This document shows positions 42,296 to 56,975 of a stretch of 64,000 bases of DNA, piece by piece. The notes below the pieces were generated by a model. That model searched no databases. It saw only the letters and a list, made by a program, of their open reading frames with translations, and was not told where the DNA came from. This stretch comes from Octopus vulgaris. Its lineage: Eukaryota. The stretch is taken from contig OX597815.1 in the NCBI GenBank assembly GCA_951406725.2, forward strand, positions 2,046,001 to 2,110,000, in the 5' to 3' direction. The position numbers and the translations under genes were made by a program. Every line of letters starts with the position of its first letter. The stretch's first letter is position 1.

Positions 42296-42605
42296 ACACA
42301 CACACACACACATATGGATATGTGTATATTTGTGTGGTTGTATGTGTATGTATGTACGTATATACAGGTGCGCCAAAAAATGTTCTACGTTTCACAAGTT
42401 GCCAAAACGTCTCATCAGCAGATACACCGTGTGCACCAGTCCAAAGAAGTCTAAACCAGTCCAAACCAGAATGGTAACTGAAAAAATAAAACGATAGAAC
42501 ATTGTGAAGACAATATTACTCTCAGTCTCACCAACGCCATATTAATGGCCGTGCAAAATATGGCGGATGTTTCTGTCGCTCTTAATTTTCACACATACAT
42601 ACTAG

Positions 42606-42667
<62 letters not shown>

Positions 42668-43309
42668 TGAGTGTGTATATGTTCTGTAATGTAAACTAAA
42701 GGAAGTGACTAGGCAAATGTTTGTTCGTGTAATTATATCTATATTGTTATTTGACGTTTTCTAGGTGAAAAAGTAGATTAATATTGTAGGTGTTAATTAA
42801 GACAATCGATACAGAGATACCAAAAGGAAGTGATATGAGGAAATCTAAAGTTATAGTCGTAAGTACAAATTAAGAATGTTAGTTTTGAGCGCAAATTTAA
42901 AGTCTAATTTAAAGGTCACGTGTTAATATGAGTAAACAATCAAACGATGTGTTTGTGTCTCAATAACGCTGGAGATGGGATCTAAATATATGGAGGCAGC
43001 TTCATCTTGTCTGTTTGTGTGAAGAAAGAAATATTTTTGTGAGTATTATTGGAGAAGAACATATAATATGAGACTGGTCCTGATGATGAAACTAATCCGA
43101 TTGTTATTTAGGAAGAATTGTAAAGAATTGGGCGAAGGCGCATCACCAAGTGGTTAGAGTGTTCGGCTCAAGTAAGGACGGACGAAATGCTCTTAAGCAT
43201 TTTGTCCGGTGTGCTGACCACACTCCCGAGTCGCAGCCTTAATCATTATAAAAATTGAAATTACTATTAATATCCAAATATGATGAATATTCAATTATTA
43301 TCAATTTGT

Positions 43310-43860
43310 TATCTTTTACTTGTTTCAGTTACTGGACTGCGGCCGTGCTGGGGCACTAGCATGAAGAGTTTAATCGAACAAGGCAACACGCAAACACGTA
43401 CGCACACACACACACACACGCACACACACAAACGCACACACATAAACATGTACGCACGCATACACACACACATGCACGCACGCACGCACGTACGCACACA
43501 GACCAATATACATGGTGGAATTATTTCAGTTTCTGTCTTTGAAATGCATTCACAAGGCTTTGGTATCCCGGGGCCATAGCAGAAGAAACATGTTGTGGGA
43601 CCGAACCCAGAACCAGTGGTTGAGAAACAAATTACTTACGCGTGTTCCAGTTGATCTAATTAACAGAAAAACCTGCTCATGAAATTAACATACAAGTGAC
43701 TGAGTATTCCACAGATATGCATACCCTTAATGCAATTCTCAGGGAGATTCACATTGATAGAGAATGCGACAAGGCTGGCCCTTTCAATTCAAGATAAAAG
43801 TCAATATGGTGGACTGGAACAACGTGAGGTGAAATGCCTTGCTCAAGTAGACAACCTGTC
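43310..43860 (-). mobile_element. Diverged SINE B followed by a SINE A-type fragment
   Basis: cttttacttgtttcag tail; cacaaggctttgg head region; cctgctcatgaaattaac body. Confidence 0.6.
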
Positions 43861-43875
43861 ACCGGGAATAAAATG

Positions 43876-43878
43876 ATG

Positions 43879-43947
<69 letters not shown>

Positions 43948-43956
43948 GTAATAATA

Positions 43957-44023
<67 letters not shown>
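43876..44023. repeat. (TAA)n
   Basis: Direct reading. Confidence 0.98.
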
Positions 44024-44024
<1 letters not shown>

Positions 44025-44025
<1 letters not shown>

Positions 44026-44790
44026 AACGAATGAAACTGAAAATAGGTGGGTAAAGAAAAGAAAGCACGGTCAATTTTATAGAGATGTTGAAGATAAGAG
44101 ATACAGAGAAAAAAGATGGCTGTGGATGACTAAAAGTGATTTAAAACTGGAAACGGAGGCTCTAATCTGTGCTGCCCAAGATCAAGCACTAAGAACAAAC
44201 AGTATAAAATACAGAATAGACAACACAGCAGAAAGTGATAAGTGCAGAATCTGTAGATAAAACGGTGAAACCGTATGGCACATTACCAGCAAATGAACGT
44301 CACTAGCCCAGAAGAAATATAAGAGACGCCACGACAATATAGCAAGGTTTGTCCATTGGACACTTTGCAACAAGTATGGACTTGACAGAGCAAAAAATTG
44401 GTACGACCACAAACCTGAAGGCATCGTCGAAAATAGAAATGCAAAGATCCTATGGGATTTTATGATTCAGTGCGGCCATGAGATAGAGAATAGGAAGCCG
44501 GACATAGTCTTAATTGAGAAAGAAAACAAAGTATACTGGATCATAGATATAGCATGCCCAGCTGACAACAAGGAATGCGATAAGGAAGAAAGAAAAGTCG
44601 AGAGATATGACAGGTTGGCTTGGGAAGGTTTGCAGTTGTGGTCGATGAAAAAGGTAGCAGTAGTAACAATAATTGTCGGAGCCCTGGGAACAATGAGTAA
44701 AAATCTCGAGAAGTACGTGGAACAAATAGGGGCTGCAATAAGGGTGGAGCACTTGCAGAAAACAGCACTGCTTGGAACCGCTCGAATGTT
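44025..44790 (+). mobile_element. R4/Dong-type non-LTR fragment, same subfamily as 12420
   Basis: ETEALICAAQDQAL, KCRIC, RRHDNIA, NRKPDIVLIE, LQKTALLGTAR; preceded directly by (TAA)n. Confidence 0.9.
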
Positions 44791-45130
44791 ATGTTGCAGA
44801 CATTGCGCAGACAGCACATGGGAAAGGTTTCAAATTTCTTTATATGTCTGTATATGTTTGTATACACTTATTTTAGTTTTTAGAGTGATGGCGTGTTCAT
44901 CCCACAAACGATGGTTTGAGATCCACACCTTGTGTCTTTTGTACATGATTTCTAGGAGAGGTTTGATTTGAGAATCATTCTCATCGAACTAATCTTGGTG
45001 CTTGCATTTGACGAATTCTAGGAGTTCTTCAGCAGATGATTTGATGCTGTCACGAATATTTTGCCGCAAAACCTCAAGAAAATTGTTTTCCTCTTTGCTC
45101 TTAAGCTTGGGATTTAGATGCATTTCAGAA
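44790..45130 (-). mobile_element. RTE-clade LINE remnant, internally deleted
   Basis: Minus strand KHQD*FDENDSQIKPLLE and RLWDEHAITLKTKISVYK. Confidence 0.6.
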
Positions 45131-46456
45131 TTTTTTTGTTGCTGGTGTATTTGTTGTTGTACAGTTCCAAGTCAGCTTTTGATGGAAAATCGTATGGCCC
45201 AAATCTCTCCAACCATAGCCAACGAACAATGTAATTCGTTTGTATATTACGAATTACATTGTTCAATAGGTCTCTCCCCTTTTTAAGACGACAGAGTGTG
45301 ATTTGCGTCAATTTGGTTATTTATAATAGATCGATTGATTGCTTATTGATACAACCGCTGTCTGGAAAATAGAAGCTGAATAATGTAGGTACATGCCTTG
45401 AAACAACCTTCTCTTATTCCTATTGTTTGTCTTCAGCCATTTCGTTGAGTTCCTGACTAATATTTAACACATTCTCACTTATTAATAACACCGATGGTGG
45501 ACAGATTCTCATCTCATAGTTTTTTTTTCCTTTTTTATATTTTCAAACAATTTGTGAACCAAAATAGTGCTGGAAATTTGATCATGTTTTTGGAATGTAT
45601 AAACTATTGTTGAGAATACAAACAGAGTGCATCCGGTGAACGTGACAAAGTAGTTTGAGACGTGTTAGGCTGCAATATGGCGACATAGTGACGTGTTAGA
45701 AACACAAATTATTATTCTCAGTTAAATAATATAAACATTATTGTTTTGTAGATGTGGAATTTAGCTCGGATAGAATTTAGAACAGTTTTTATTTGTGTTT
45801 ATCGAAATAAGCTTACCACAAATTATATCTGCTTCTTTTTCTGGGGATTAGTTCCTCCGAATCCCAACTCTTTTGTGAACTCTCCATACATAAATACTTT
45901 CATACGTACATACATACATGCATGCATGCATCCACATGTAAGCGATGACCATTTATTCATGCGAAGTGCATTCCAAAAGTTTTCAGACCTTGTTTTAGGA
46001 AAGCCACTTATAAACGTCCTAGATTATTGTCATTTTAGTATCATTTTACTATACAACTAATAAGCTGACCTGCCGGCTGTTGTTACTCCAAATTCAAGGA
46101 GACGGCTGCTGTAGTAGTACTTTGAAACACACCCTGCCAAATACTGGCGCCGATACTCCTGATACATATATAAGAAAATGAGATGAGGAAATAAACAATT
46201 ACCTAATGAATTTCATCAGCTTACAGCTGTTTCTATTATAAGATGTAATGGACTCATAGCTGAGTGCCTGCGTAACACCTTATAACTTCGCCAGAGCCTC
46301 AGACATAATAGTCTATGGGTCCACAACATTTTTATTGAAGAAAGAGCTTTAAGCTAACGATGTTCATATGATAACCGTTTACTGTTTTGTCATCTCATTT
46401 TCTTATCTCTCGACTCATCTTAACAATTCGTTCTGAAGCATACGTATATTGAGTTC

Positions 46457-46489
<33 letters not shown>

Positions 46490-46490
46490 G

Positions 46491-46945
46491 TATTAGACAA
46501 GAACAGATAACAAAGTCAAGGCTGTGACGAGTTTTCAGGATATTTATAATGAAATAGTCTTACAGCTGTTTCAGTGATATTATGGATATCCCTTCATCAG
46601 AGACGATGTCAGAGAGGTAAGTGCTTGGGTTCGAAATAAGGAAATTATTATGGAAAAGGAGAAGAAAGGGAAAATAGAGTGAAATAAGAGAAGGAAAATA
46701 GAAATAGCATATAAAATATTGTCGTTGCTGTTCCATTATTCGAAGAAAGTGGTGTATAGAAGTAGTAAAAAAGTTTCCTGTGCATCGTATGTTCCGAGAG
46801 TAGTTGGTGTTTAGTCATTTCAAAGTATGGAGCCGTGGATTCTGTGTTGCCCATTCGAAAGGGGTTTTGAGCAGTAAGACTATATTTCTTTCCTTATAAA
46901 TGTCCTGAAAACTCCTCACAGCCTTGGCCTTGTAATCTATTCCTG

Positions 46946-46951
<6 letters not shown>
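46491..46951 (-). mobile_element. Non-autonomous Penelope-type element with ~80-bp inverted ends, in (TA)n
   Basis: tattagacaagaacagat..caaggctgtga.gagttttcagga.atttataa is inverted at 46872-46951; carries a hammerhead. Confidence 0.75.
46557..46604 (-). ncRNA. Minimal type I hammerhead ribozyme, canonical core
   Basis: GTCT CTGATGA AGGGATAT-CCATA-ATATCACT GAAA CAGCTG TA AGAC: 4-bp stem I, 7/8-bp stem II, palindromic stem III, GUA cleavage triplet. Confidence 0.8.
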
Positions 46952-47394
<443 letters not shown>

Positions 47395-47604
47395 GCATGC
47401 TAATACAAGACCTACATTAAACTCCCCACTCGTGTCACGATCGAACCAAGAGTGTAACTAAGGTCTGTCCATAGCATTTACTTAGCATTACCTGCCACTC
47501 TTTGGCTCTTCTAGATACCAATACCTATCTTATATATATATAATGTGTGTGTGTGTGTGTGCGCGCGTGCGAGTATGTATGTATCTGCGTGTGTGAATCT
47601 CTGT

Positions 47605-47820
47605 GTCTGTATTTATCCTCACCATCGTTTGAAATCGATGTTGGTGTATTTACGGCCATGTAACATGGCAGTTCAGCAAAGAGATCGATAGAATAACTAC
47701 CAGGCTATAATTAGATAATAATATGAATTGGGCTCGATTCATTCGACTAAAAGTACTTCGAGGTGGTGCCCCAGCATGACCGCAGTCTAATGACTGTAAC
47801 AAGTAAAAGATAAAAGATAG
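47605..47820 (+). mobile_element. SINE family B 3' half
   Basis: ggtggtgccccagcatgaccgcagtctaatgactg. Confidence 0.75.
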
Positions 47821-47989
47821 GAGAGAAAGAAGAAAAGAGAGAGAGAGAGTGAGAGAGAGAGAAGACTAAAGAGCGTGAAACGGGAGATTTTTCTTCCTTT
47901 CTTCCTCTACTTTCCTTCTTTCTTTCAAAAGCTATCTTAAGAAGCCATGTTGAATGAACGGTTAATTTTGTTCTTACGTTTCAACTCAG

Positions 47990-48290
47990 CGAACGATTCC
48001 AGTGTTTAAATCAACAAACGAAATATTCTTAATCAATTACTTCTATCTTTTGAAGACGACTTATTAGCTCTCGTTAGAAATATTAAATTTAAGAAACACT
48101 GAATTCTTTTCTTTCTTTCCAAGACGATCTTAATAGGGAAATATCAGAACTGCTAAATTCTGTGAACCTCTATTTTCATTTTTGCAAAGATTCTAGGAAC
48201 CGTTGCCATGAAGATAACAAACCTTACCGTCGCCTTGTCTACTGTTCCATCACAATTTCTTGAAGGAAGATAAATTGAAATTCTTCAAAA
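47990..48290 (+). mobile_element. Old Penelope-like ORF remnant upstream of the RT domain
   Basis: FEDDLLALVRNIKFKK..SFQDDLNREI resembles a PLE N-terminal block from memory. Confidence 0.4.
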
Positions 48291-48660
48291 GATATTGATT
48301 TTAAATCCATCCCCGGTGCACAACTGGTACTATTTTTTTGGCCCTGAGAGGACGGAAGTCAAAATCGGCCTCTGTGGAATTTGAACTCAGAACGTAAAGA
48401 GAAACGAAATGCCATTTAGCCTTGTGGGCGTGTAAACGATTCTGCCACTACGCTGTCCTAATAAATAAACGAAAAAAGAAATACATTAACCATGGAGTCT
48501 TACAGATTACCACCAACAACAGCATTTGCAATAAAAGATGTAAGAGAACCACTCATTCCCAAATAATCTTTGGATGGTTTTTAGGTGCAGAAAACTAATT
48601 GGAATTACACTTCGGCAATTAGAATAAGGAATCCTACTGAATATGCTAAGGATGCTAATA

Positions 48661-49075
48661 GGCGCAGGAGTGGCTGTGTGGTAAGTAGCTTGCTAACCAA
48701 CCACATGGTTCCGGGTTCAGTCCCATTGCGTGGCATCTTGGGCAAGTGTCTTCTGCTATAGCCCCGGGCCGACCAATGCCTTGTGAGTGGATTTGGTAGA
48801 CGGAAACTGAAAGAAGCCTGTCGTATATATGTATATATATATATGTGTGTGTATGTGTTTGTGTGTCTGTGTTTGTCCCCCTAGCATTGCTTGACAACCG
48901 ATGCTGCTGTGTTTACATCCCCGCAACTTAGCGGTTCGGCAAAAGAGACCGATAGAATAAGTACTGGGCTTACAAAAGAATAAGTTCCGGGGTCGATTTG
49001 CTTGACAAAAGGCGGTGCTTCAGTATTGCCGCAGTCAAATGACTGAAACAAGTAAAAGAGTAAAAGAGTAAAGAG
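48661..49075 (+). mobile_element. tRNA-derived SINE family B, full length, with internal TA/TG microsatellite
   Basis: tggctgtgtgg A-box-like, ggttcagtccc B-box-like; tail hairpin cagtc-aaat-gactg and (gtaaaaga)n. Confidence 0.88.
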
Positions 49076-49345
49076 ATGGAATCAGGAAGCAAACGATGGA
49101 ACCGAGGTAATTGATGGTATCGGCCTCTCTCTAACGTGACGACGATCTCTTTTCACTGATGAACTGCAATGAATTCAATCTACAAACAAACAGAAAGATT
49201 TTATATCTAAGTTTAAGAATCTCCGACTATTCAATTCTTAAGAAACTAATACTTCCGTTGGTAGTTTATAAGATGTGGCCCTTAATGTAGCGAATAATTT
49301 AGATTACTGTTCCATAAATCTTATGTAACCTAATGAAGATGAACT

Positions 49346-49378
<33 letters not shown>

Positions 49379-49550
49379 ACTTATAAACAAGGGGAAAAGA
49401 AAAATTATGTCTATGCCAATATGCTGAAATAATTTTTCTTTTTCCCCTGTTTATAAGTTGCTTATAATTTTTACCTTTAAAGGTATTTTAATATGCTGCC
49501 ACTTTTGATGAAATTTTTTTCTGAAAAAAATTTAATCCTATATTAGTAGA

Positions 49551-49581
<31 letters not shown>

Positions 49582-49880
49582 TATATACGTAAACTGCTCA
49601 GAGGCAACAAAAGTGATTAATGAAAAAACATATCACTTAGGCGTATCATATGACCCAGAAAAGTCAGCACCACATACTTTCAAGTTATGTATGGCAACTA
49701 AAAAACAGAGGCCTACTTTCCAACCAGGAAACTTCGCGCCAAGGCTAAATCCCGATTTTGAAATATGCAACTTTGTGATTTAGGTCCTGCACAAACTTCT
49801 TGAAATGTCCTTCTTGAAAATATGCAATGACGTGTGTGTGAGTTTGTGTGTGTGTATGTACACATACAAACACACACACG

Positions 49881-49919
<39 letters not shown>

Positions 49920-49950
49920 ACACACACTCACACACACACACATACACACA

Positions 49951-50633
49951 GAGGAGTTAGACAAAATAATGGAAACACCTTAAAATTTCAAAAAAATTTA
50001 TTTTAATATGAGTATTTATTTTAATACTGCCTTTGGCAGTAATTACAGCTTGAATTCTACGAGGTATGAACTCGTACAAAGTTTGAATTGTTTCCAAAGG
50101 AATTCTTGTCCATTATTCAGCTAAACCAGTCCCCAGTTCTTGTGATGATGGTGGATGATACCGACTCCGTACTTTTTTTCTAAAATGCACCATAAATGTT
50201 CAATGATATTGAGATCTGGGGACTGCGGTGGCCAGATAAGATATTCAACTTCACTAGAACGTTCCTTGTACCATTCTGTAACAATTTTAGCTATGTGAAT
50301 TGGTGCATTATCAACCATGAACGATTGCATTACCTTCTGGAAACAGTTTCGCAAACATAGGAGGAATTTGATCAGATAAATGTTTAAATAGTCTTGATTA
50401 TTAATTCTGCCATGAAGGGAAACCATTGGGTCGGCGGATTTCCAAGATATAGCCTCTCCAGATCATCACAGATACTCCTCCATGTTTAACAGGTGGAAGA
50501 AGGCAGTCTGGGTCAAATGTTTGTTTTTAAATTAAAAAAACATAAAAATAAACAAGCTTTTGACGGTTATATGGATAATTAAAAATTCAGATGCTATGAT
50601 GCTTGGGGTTTCCATTATTTTGTCCAACCCCTG
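49951..50633 (-). mobile_element. Tc1 (DD34E) deletion derivative with TIRs
   Basis: gacaaaataatggaaac / gtttccattattttgtccaacccctg; DNAPIH, WPPQSPDLNIIEHLW. Confidence 0.9.
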
Positions 50634-51527
50634 TGCATACATACCCACAGGAAATTAGCCGAAGGATAATCATGAGTATCGTTTCGAAACCGACTGAAAC
50701 AAATGAAAAATAATAAAGGACTATATGTATATCTATGTGTATGTATGTCTGTGTGCGTGTGTGTGTGTGAATGTGGGTAATATTGAAAGGTATAATGTTA
50801 ACTGTGTGACTTATGGAGATGCGTGGGTGTGTACTATTCGTTTCTGCCCTACATGTTAGGGCATTTCTGAAAGACTGATGAGAGCATAACATGGGTGGAC
50901 TATACTACGTAAAGTCTACAGACATAGAAACACATGTAAGTTCTATAACATATAGAACTCCTATAGTCTACTATTTCTGATGATAACAATATCATTTAAC
51001 GTCAAGCAGCATTAGAAGAATTTTTGACAACAAACACACAAATAAAACAGAAATTAACAAGAAACAAAAAAATAAAGATTTCACATGACGTCATCAGTTT
51101 TATTTTATTTATTTCACCATTTCAATTTTTTTTTTATCTTGCTTTCGTTCATTTCAACCTCATACTTTTTTTTATATCTTCTCTCTCTTTCCCTACCTTT
51201 TCTTCCCCCCCGCCACCCTCTCTCTCATTGCCGCCTTTTCTTTATTCCACGCCATATTGTCTGCGCTTTTGGATTTTTAGTGTTGCTTTAATAAATTTCT
51301 TTTCCCTCGCTCGCACCATTTCTCAGCAGAGATAGGATTTCAAAAGGAAACCAAATGAAACATGGAAGCAAATATGCCAGACGCGTTAATAAAACATAGT
51401 CCTGAAATATCTTGTCAGAAAATATAAAGAATAACCGTCATAAATGGAATGGAAGCAACTTCTTCCACACACACATCAGATGCACGCACACATACATTTT
51501 TACAAACATACACGCATACACAATAAC

Positions 51528-51612
51528 ATACATACATACATACATACATACATACACACATACATACATAGATTCATACATACATACATACATACATACA
51601 TACATACATACA

Positions 51613-51645
<33 letters not shown>

Positions 51646-51732
51646 GCATTCATACATACATACATGCATACATACATATATACATACATACATAAATACA
51701 TACATACATACATGCATACATATATACATACA

Positions 51733-51765
<33 letters not shown>

Positions 51766-51800
51766 GCATACATGCATACAAACATACATACATACATACA

Positions 51801-51833
<33 letters not shown>

Positions 51834-51885
51834 GCATGCATACACACACATACGTACATACATACATGCATACGTACATATATAT
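51528..51885. repeat. (TACA)n
   Basis: Direct reading. Confidence 0.97.
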
Positions 51886-52101
51886 ATATTTGTGTATGCG
51901 CGCGTGCGTGTGTGTGTGTGTGTATGTACAGACAGATGGACAGATAAATAGACATATAGATATAGATGTGTATGTGTGTGTGTGTATATATATATATAGA
52001 CACTTATATATATTTCATATGCATACCTGTCTACTTGTCTACCTGTCCACCTCTGCCTCTTTTTCTCTGTGTGAGTGTATGTGTGTGTACATATATATAT
52101 G

Positions 52102-52146
<45 letters not shown>

Positions 52147-52829
52147 CAGTACTTGGAGAGGAAGAAACGAAACGAAACGAATCGAATCGAATCGACGCGA
52201 GGGCGCTCAGTCATACAATAGTGTAATAAATAAAATATATGCATACATACATACATATATGTACGTACCTACATCTACATGTATATATACATGCATATAT
52301 AAATATATATACGTGAGTACAGGACACCACAAATAGACGTAGAACTCAACGAGAAACGAAAACGTAAAAACAAGCATGGAACAGACCATTTTTTTACAAC
52401 GAAAAACAGAGTACAAGACAAATTACGCAAGGAAAAATGCCCTTCATCAGCTGTCCCTAGTTCAACTCCAGCCTGTTTCGAAGGTGAGGACAGAACACGA
52501 CTCGTCGAACTAACTCTTCCTGCGAAAGAATTAAATAAAATTACTTCGCAGAGGGGTAAAAAGAAAAAAAAGAACAAAATGTAACACAAACAGGACGTAA
52601 AAACGATACAAATAAAATTAAAAAATAAAATACAAAATAAAATACAAAACAAAAATACAATTACAAAAAATACAATACGAGAAATAAAAACAAACAAGAA
52701 AACAAATGAAAAGGGCCTTTTTTGGCCTAGACGAGGAAGATTCTGGAGAGCGCAAGAAAAACCGTGTGTTTACAGTTAGGAGGCCGCATGTAAAAAGAAG
52801 TAGTTGGCTGGCTGTGAGAGAGATGAGGA

Positions 52830-52866
<37 letters not shown>

Positions 52867-52875
52867 TATGTATGT

Positions 52876-52915
<40 letters not shown>

Positions 52916-53149
52916 GATAATTATAATAAAGGGTAAAAATCATTAATAATTTTACCAGGTGGTCAACGCGGGAATAAAAACCTCATAGGAAAATTTTACA
53001 AAATAATTTATAATTATATACATAATTATAACAAGGATTGGCTTTGCGTCTCACCACGCACTGTAGAAATAGACGCCAAATGCCCTATATATATATATAT
53101 ATATATATACACATGTTCATTCGTCATGTTGGACCACTGAACTCTACAC

Positions 53150-53470
53150 GTGTTTTCATTATCTCTGTTTATTTTCATTTATTCGTTTCTGCTAAAGATC
53201 CTCGGCTCGAAACGTATAAGGCTTTTCCATTTATACACTTGCTTGTTGTTCCTTCATCTGTCTTCGTCTGCTGTCTTTCTATAAATTTCAAATATATATA
53301 TATATATATATAGGGAGAATTCACAAGAAAAGTAAAAGACGAAGACAGGTAGTGTAGACAACAAACAGATGTATTAGTATGACGCTCGAGGAGTGAAAAA
53401 GTCTTCAACGTTTCGAGCCTACGCTCTTCCACAGAAAGAAACACAGAAAAAAACAAAGAGAGAAAATAAA
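53150..53470. mobile_element. Two Penelope-type terminal repeats tail-to-tail around (TA)n
   Basis: Plus copy ggctcgaaacgta at ~53205; minus copy ctgtggaagagcgtaggctcgaaacgttgaag at 53402-53437. Confidence 0.65.
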
Positions 53471-54016
53471 GATATATATATATATATATTTATAAAATGC
53501 AAAATACAAAGTTATATCTTGAGATCGCAGGTGATAACAATACTCAAAATATATAACAGATTGGAATTGTAGTGTTCCAAATGAGCTATATTCCACTTGT
53601 TAATCTGAGGAGATGCAACTAAAGGAACATTATAAGATCCACAGAAAGATCAAACATATACATATATTCATATATTCATTTATATCCACAGAAAAGATAT
53701 AAAGTCCGACGTTTAGAAATACAATATAATAATATATAAATAAATAAACATCATATAAAATATATAAGAATCAGTGTTGCATGTATAACACATTGAATTT
53801 ACGCTTAAACTCATAAAACATTTGGTAAAAATTTGTTCAATTAAAAATTTGGGGTAATTAAAAATACAATGACATATTAAAATGACGAATTAAAAATACC
53901 AGAAAATATACAGAAAAGATAAATATACAAAGAGACGCGCCAATTTATATGAAACATTTCATATATTTGAAATTGACGCTCCCCTCATCAGGAAGTTTTT
54001 TTTTACACGCAATACA

Positions 54017-54064
<48 letters not shown>

Positions 54065-54956
54065 CAAATATACACGTGCGTACATACTCATGCATACATA
54101 CATATACATATATATATAAACACATACATAAACATCCATGCATACAAAATCACGTATATTCAAATAGATACGAGCATCGATACATATATGCACGTAATAC
54201 TGTACATGCAAATACAGACATGCTCATGTCTCTCCTACATGTAAACACATACACACACATATACGCGCGCGCACGTACACGCACGCACACACACACACGC
54301 ACATAATCTACTCCCTCCCCCTGGCTCCCGAAATGAAATTGACCCACCAGCTTGAAGTATATATAAGTGTGGATGCACACTAGCATCGTACGCGTAGAAC
54401 GAAATGCAAGTTTTGTGTTAGAAGCTGCTCAGCAATGGAACTTCTGAAAATGCACAGAATTTATATACATACATACATACATACATGCATACATACATAC
54501 ATACTTGCATGCGTACATACATGCATGCATACATACATACATACATACATACATACATGCATGCATGCATACATACATACATACATACATACATACATAC
54601 AAACATACATACATACTTACGTGCATGCATGCATGCATTTGTCACTAATGTCTTTCAGTATAACGCCTACGCAAATTCCATAAACAATTCCTGAATTGAA
54701 CTGCGACTACTGTCAGCCACTGACCATTCAAAATACGACCATCAAGGCATTCCCAGATTTCCCCACCCCCTCTCCACATCAGCCTCCTTATTCTTCACCT
54801 ACCCTACCAAGAACTCAAAACGACCTCGAACACACAAGTGCAAACAAGGGAGTCAGAGAAAGGCAGAATGCTACTTATATCTGAACACTACTATAGAAAT
54901 ATTCTTTTAAAAAAACTTTTCTTCTAATTTTTCTAAATTTAATTATTTAATCGTTA

Positions 54957-54994
54957 CAGCTGAAAAGGTCTCAAAATGACCGAAACCGGTACTG
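54957..54994 (+). ncRNA. Minimal hammerhead-like motif, one core mismatch
   Basis: CAG CTGAAAA GGTC-tcaaaat-GACC GAAA CCGG TA CTG (G8 replaced by A). Confidence 0.6.
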
Positions 54995-55099
54995 AAAGAT
55001 TCACTATAAAATTATCTTAGCATTTTCTATTTTTGACTTGTTTTTTCATATATATATATATATATATATATATGCATTTATATGTATGTATATATATAT

Positions 55100-55300
55100 T
55101 CTTTTATTCTATTACTTCTTTTACACGTTTCAGTCATTTGACTGTGGCCATTCTGGATCACCACCTTTAGTCGAAGAAATCGACCCCAGGAATTATTCTT
55201 TGTTAGCCTAATACTTATTCTATCTGTCTCTTCTGCCGGCCCGCTAAGTTTCGGCGACATAAACACACCAACAGCGATGGTGGGGTTACAAACACAGACA
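55100..55300 (-). mobile_element. SINE family B 3' half
   Basis: gtttcagtcatttgactgtggcc. Confidence 0.75.
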
Positions 55301-55399
55301 CAAAGACACACATACATAAAAACACACACACACACACACACAGATACACACACACACACAAATACACTCGCACACATATGTGTGATGGCTAGCCTAAAC

Positions 55400-55560
55400 C
55401 TTTTTCTATTTTCTCTCCCTGTTTAGTTTTGTGTTCCTTTCCGCTGAAGAGCATAGGCTCGAAACGTAAAAGACTTTCTCACTTTCCCGAGCGTTAAACT
55501 AATACATCTGTTGTTTACACACCCGTCTTCGTTTTTGTTTTTTTTTATAAATTCTCACTA
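55400..55560 (+). mobile_element. Penelope-like terminal repeat with hammerhead-like motif
   Basis: ccgctgaagagcataggctcgaaacgtaaaag; ends at (TA)n. Confidence 0.65.
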
Positions 55561-56239
55561 TATATATGTATGTACACACACACATATATATATATAAAGA
55601 TATGTGAGTGTGTGAATAACGTTTATCTTTTAAGAGATAGATATTTCTACTATATTTCAATATCTGTCAAAATAAAAATACAAAATTATGTTTTTACCTA
55701 ATACATGTTTTCGTATAAGTTTTAATGTAAAAATATTTACGTGTTTTCACAAAGTGAGTTTTCCATGCAAATAAAATCGAAGCGCTATCATATATTACTG
55801 GAAAGTTTTTGTAGAGAGAAATATTTTTGTATAAATAAAGTTTTACTGCATAAATTTTAGTGCATGACATAGCCAAAAGAGATTGTGATGTGGAAGAAAA
55901 ATAATATTTCACTGACAGGTTTTGCTGTCATTCAGCTTATCCAATTTTGAAGTATTTTTTTTCAATACATGTTTAGACGACATGGTATCAATGTGGGATT
56001 AATTTTTTATGTAATCATGTCGCTCATGTCATCTCGAAAACAAAGGACGTAGCTTTCAGTTTGTGTGTCTGGTGTCGTTTATGTTTGTTTAATAAGGACA
56101 TATATTGGTTAATATTTTCAGAAAATGATATTTCTTCTTATAGAGAACAAAGGGGTTAATTTAAGTGAGAGAAGGATGTTTAATTAAAACATCAGCCAAA
56201 ATGTATAGATTAATACATTTCTTCTTTCATAAAGTTTTT

Positions 56240-56975
56240 CTTTTTCTTTCTTTAGGTTCCATCTCCAGAACGTAGGACATTGGTGATCCTGTCCTCCTAC
56301 AATACTCTGTCCTTTGGCTCCTGTAACAGCTCCACTTGCTGATGTATACTGCTTCTTTCTTCCAACCAGTTCATCAACCTTGACATCCACAGCATCCTTC
56401 TCCTTTCTCTGCTTCTTTCCTCATGAACCGTTCCAGTCATCACGAAAATTCCCCCGGGCCCTCTTTCTTCAACCCATGATGAAGAAAACATCAGTTGTTT
56501 AGCCCTTATCTTTTAAAGCAATTTCGTATTTACCTCAACCTGGGTCATCACTTCTTCATTGAGCTTTCAATCTGTCCATGCCATCCGCAATACTCTCCTT
56601 AAGAACCGCATTTTACAGCTGTCCGAGCACTTTCTCATTATGACCATGCCTCACTTCCATACATTAACACAGGATAGACATAACAGTTAGATTCACGGAT
56701 CCTGGTCGTCTCACTTAGAGTTTCTCAAGATGTTATACAATTTTGAGAATGCAGATTTTGCCAGCACTAATCGTCTTTTGATCTCCCTCATTCATCTCCG
56801 TCGTCTGGGATCAAATGATTGGATTCTTCACTTTCAGCATGCTGTTCCTCCCCTTTTTCTCTGACCACTACATTCAGAAGTCTCTGAAGCTCTGAAGTTC
56901 CTTTTCCGATTCTGCAAATAAGACTGTGTCATCTGTTTATCTTACGTTTCTGATGTTTCTGCCTCCGAACCCTTT
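56240..56975 (-). mobile_element. RTE-clade LINE 3' part, decayed
   Basis: Minus strand GGRNIRNVR*TDDTVLFAES (YADD motif), EIKRRLVLAKSAF, MRFLRRVLRMAWTD; A-rich tail. Confidence 0.8.

Noticed and set aside
42383-42425. CTGATGA...GAAACGTA motif on the minus strand (similar partial motifs at 57490, 39452, 63252)
   Set aside because: Stems I/II do not pair or core bases are lost; at most decayed relics
52435-52490. Possible type II hammerhead (GAAAC ... CTGATGA on the minus strand)
   Set aside because: No NUH cleavage triplet or consistent stems
56240-56500. Splice acceptor (tttctttag) and apparent plus-strand exon
   Set aside because: It is the A-rich tail and stop codon of a minus-strand RTE LINE
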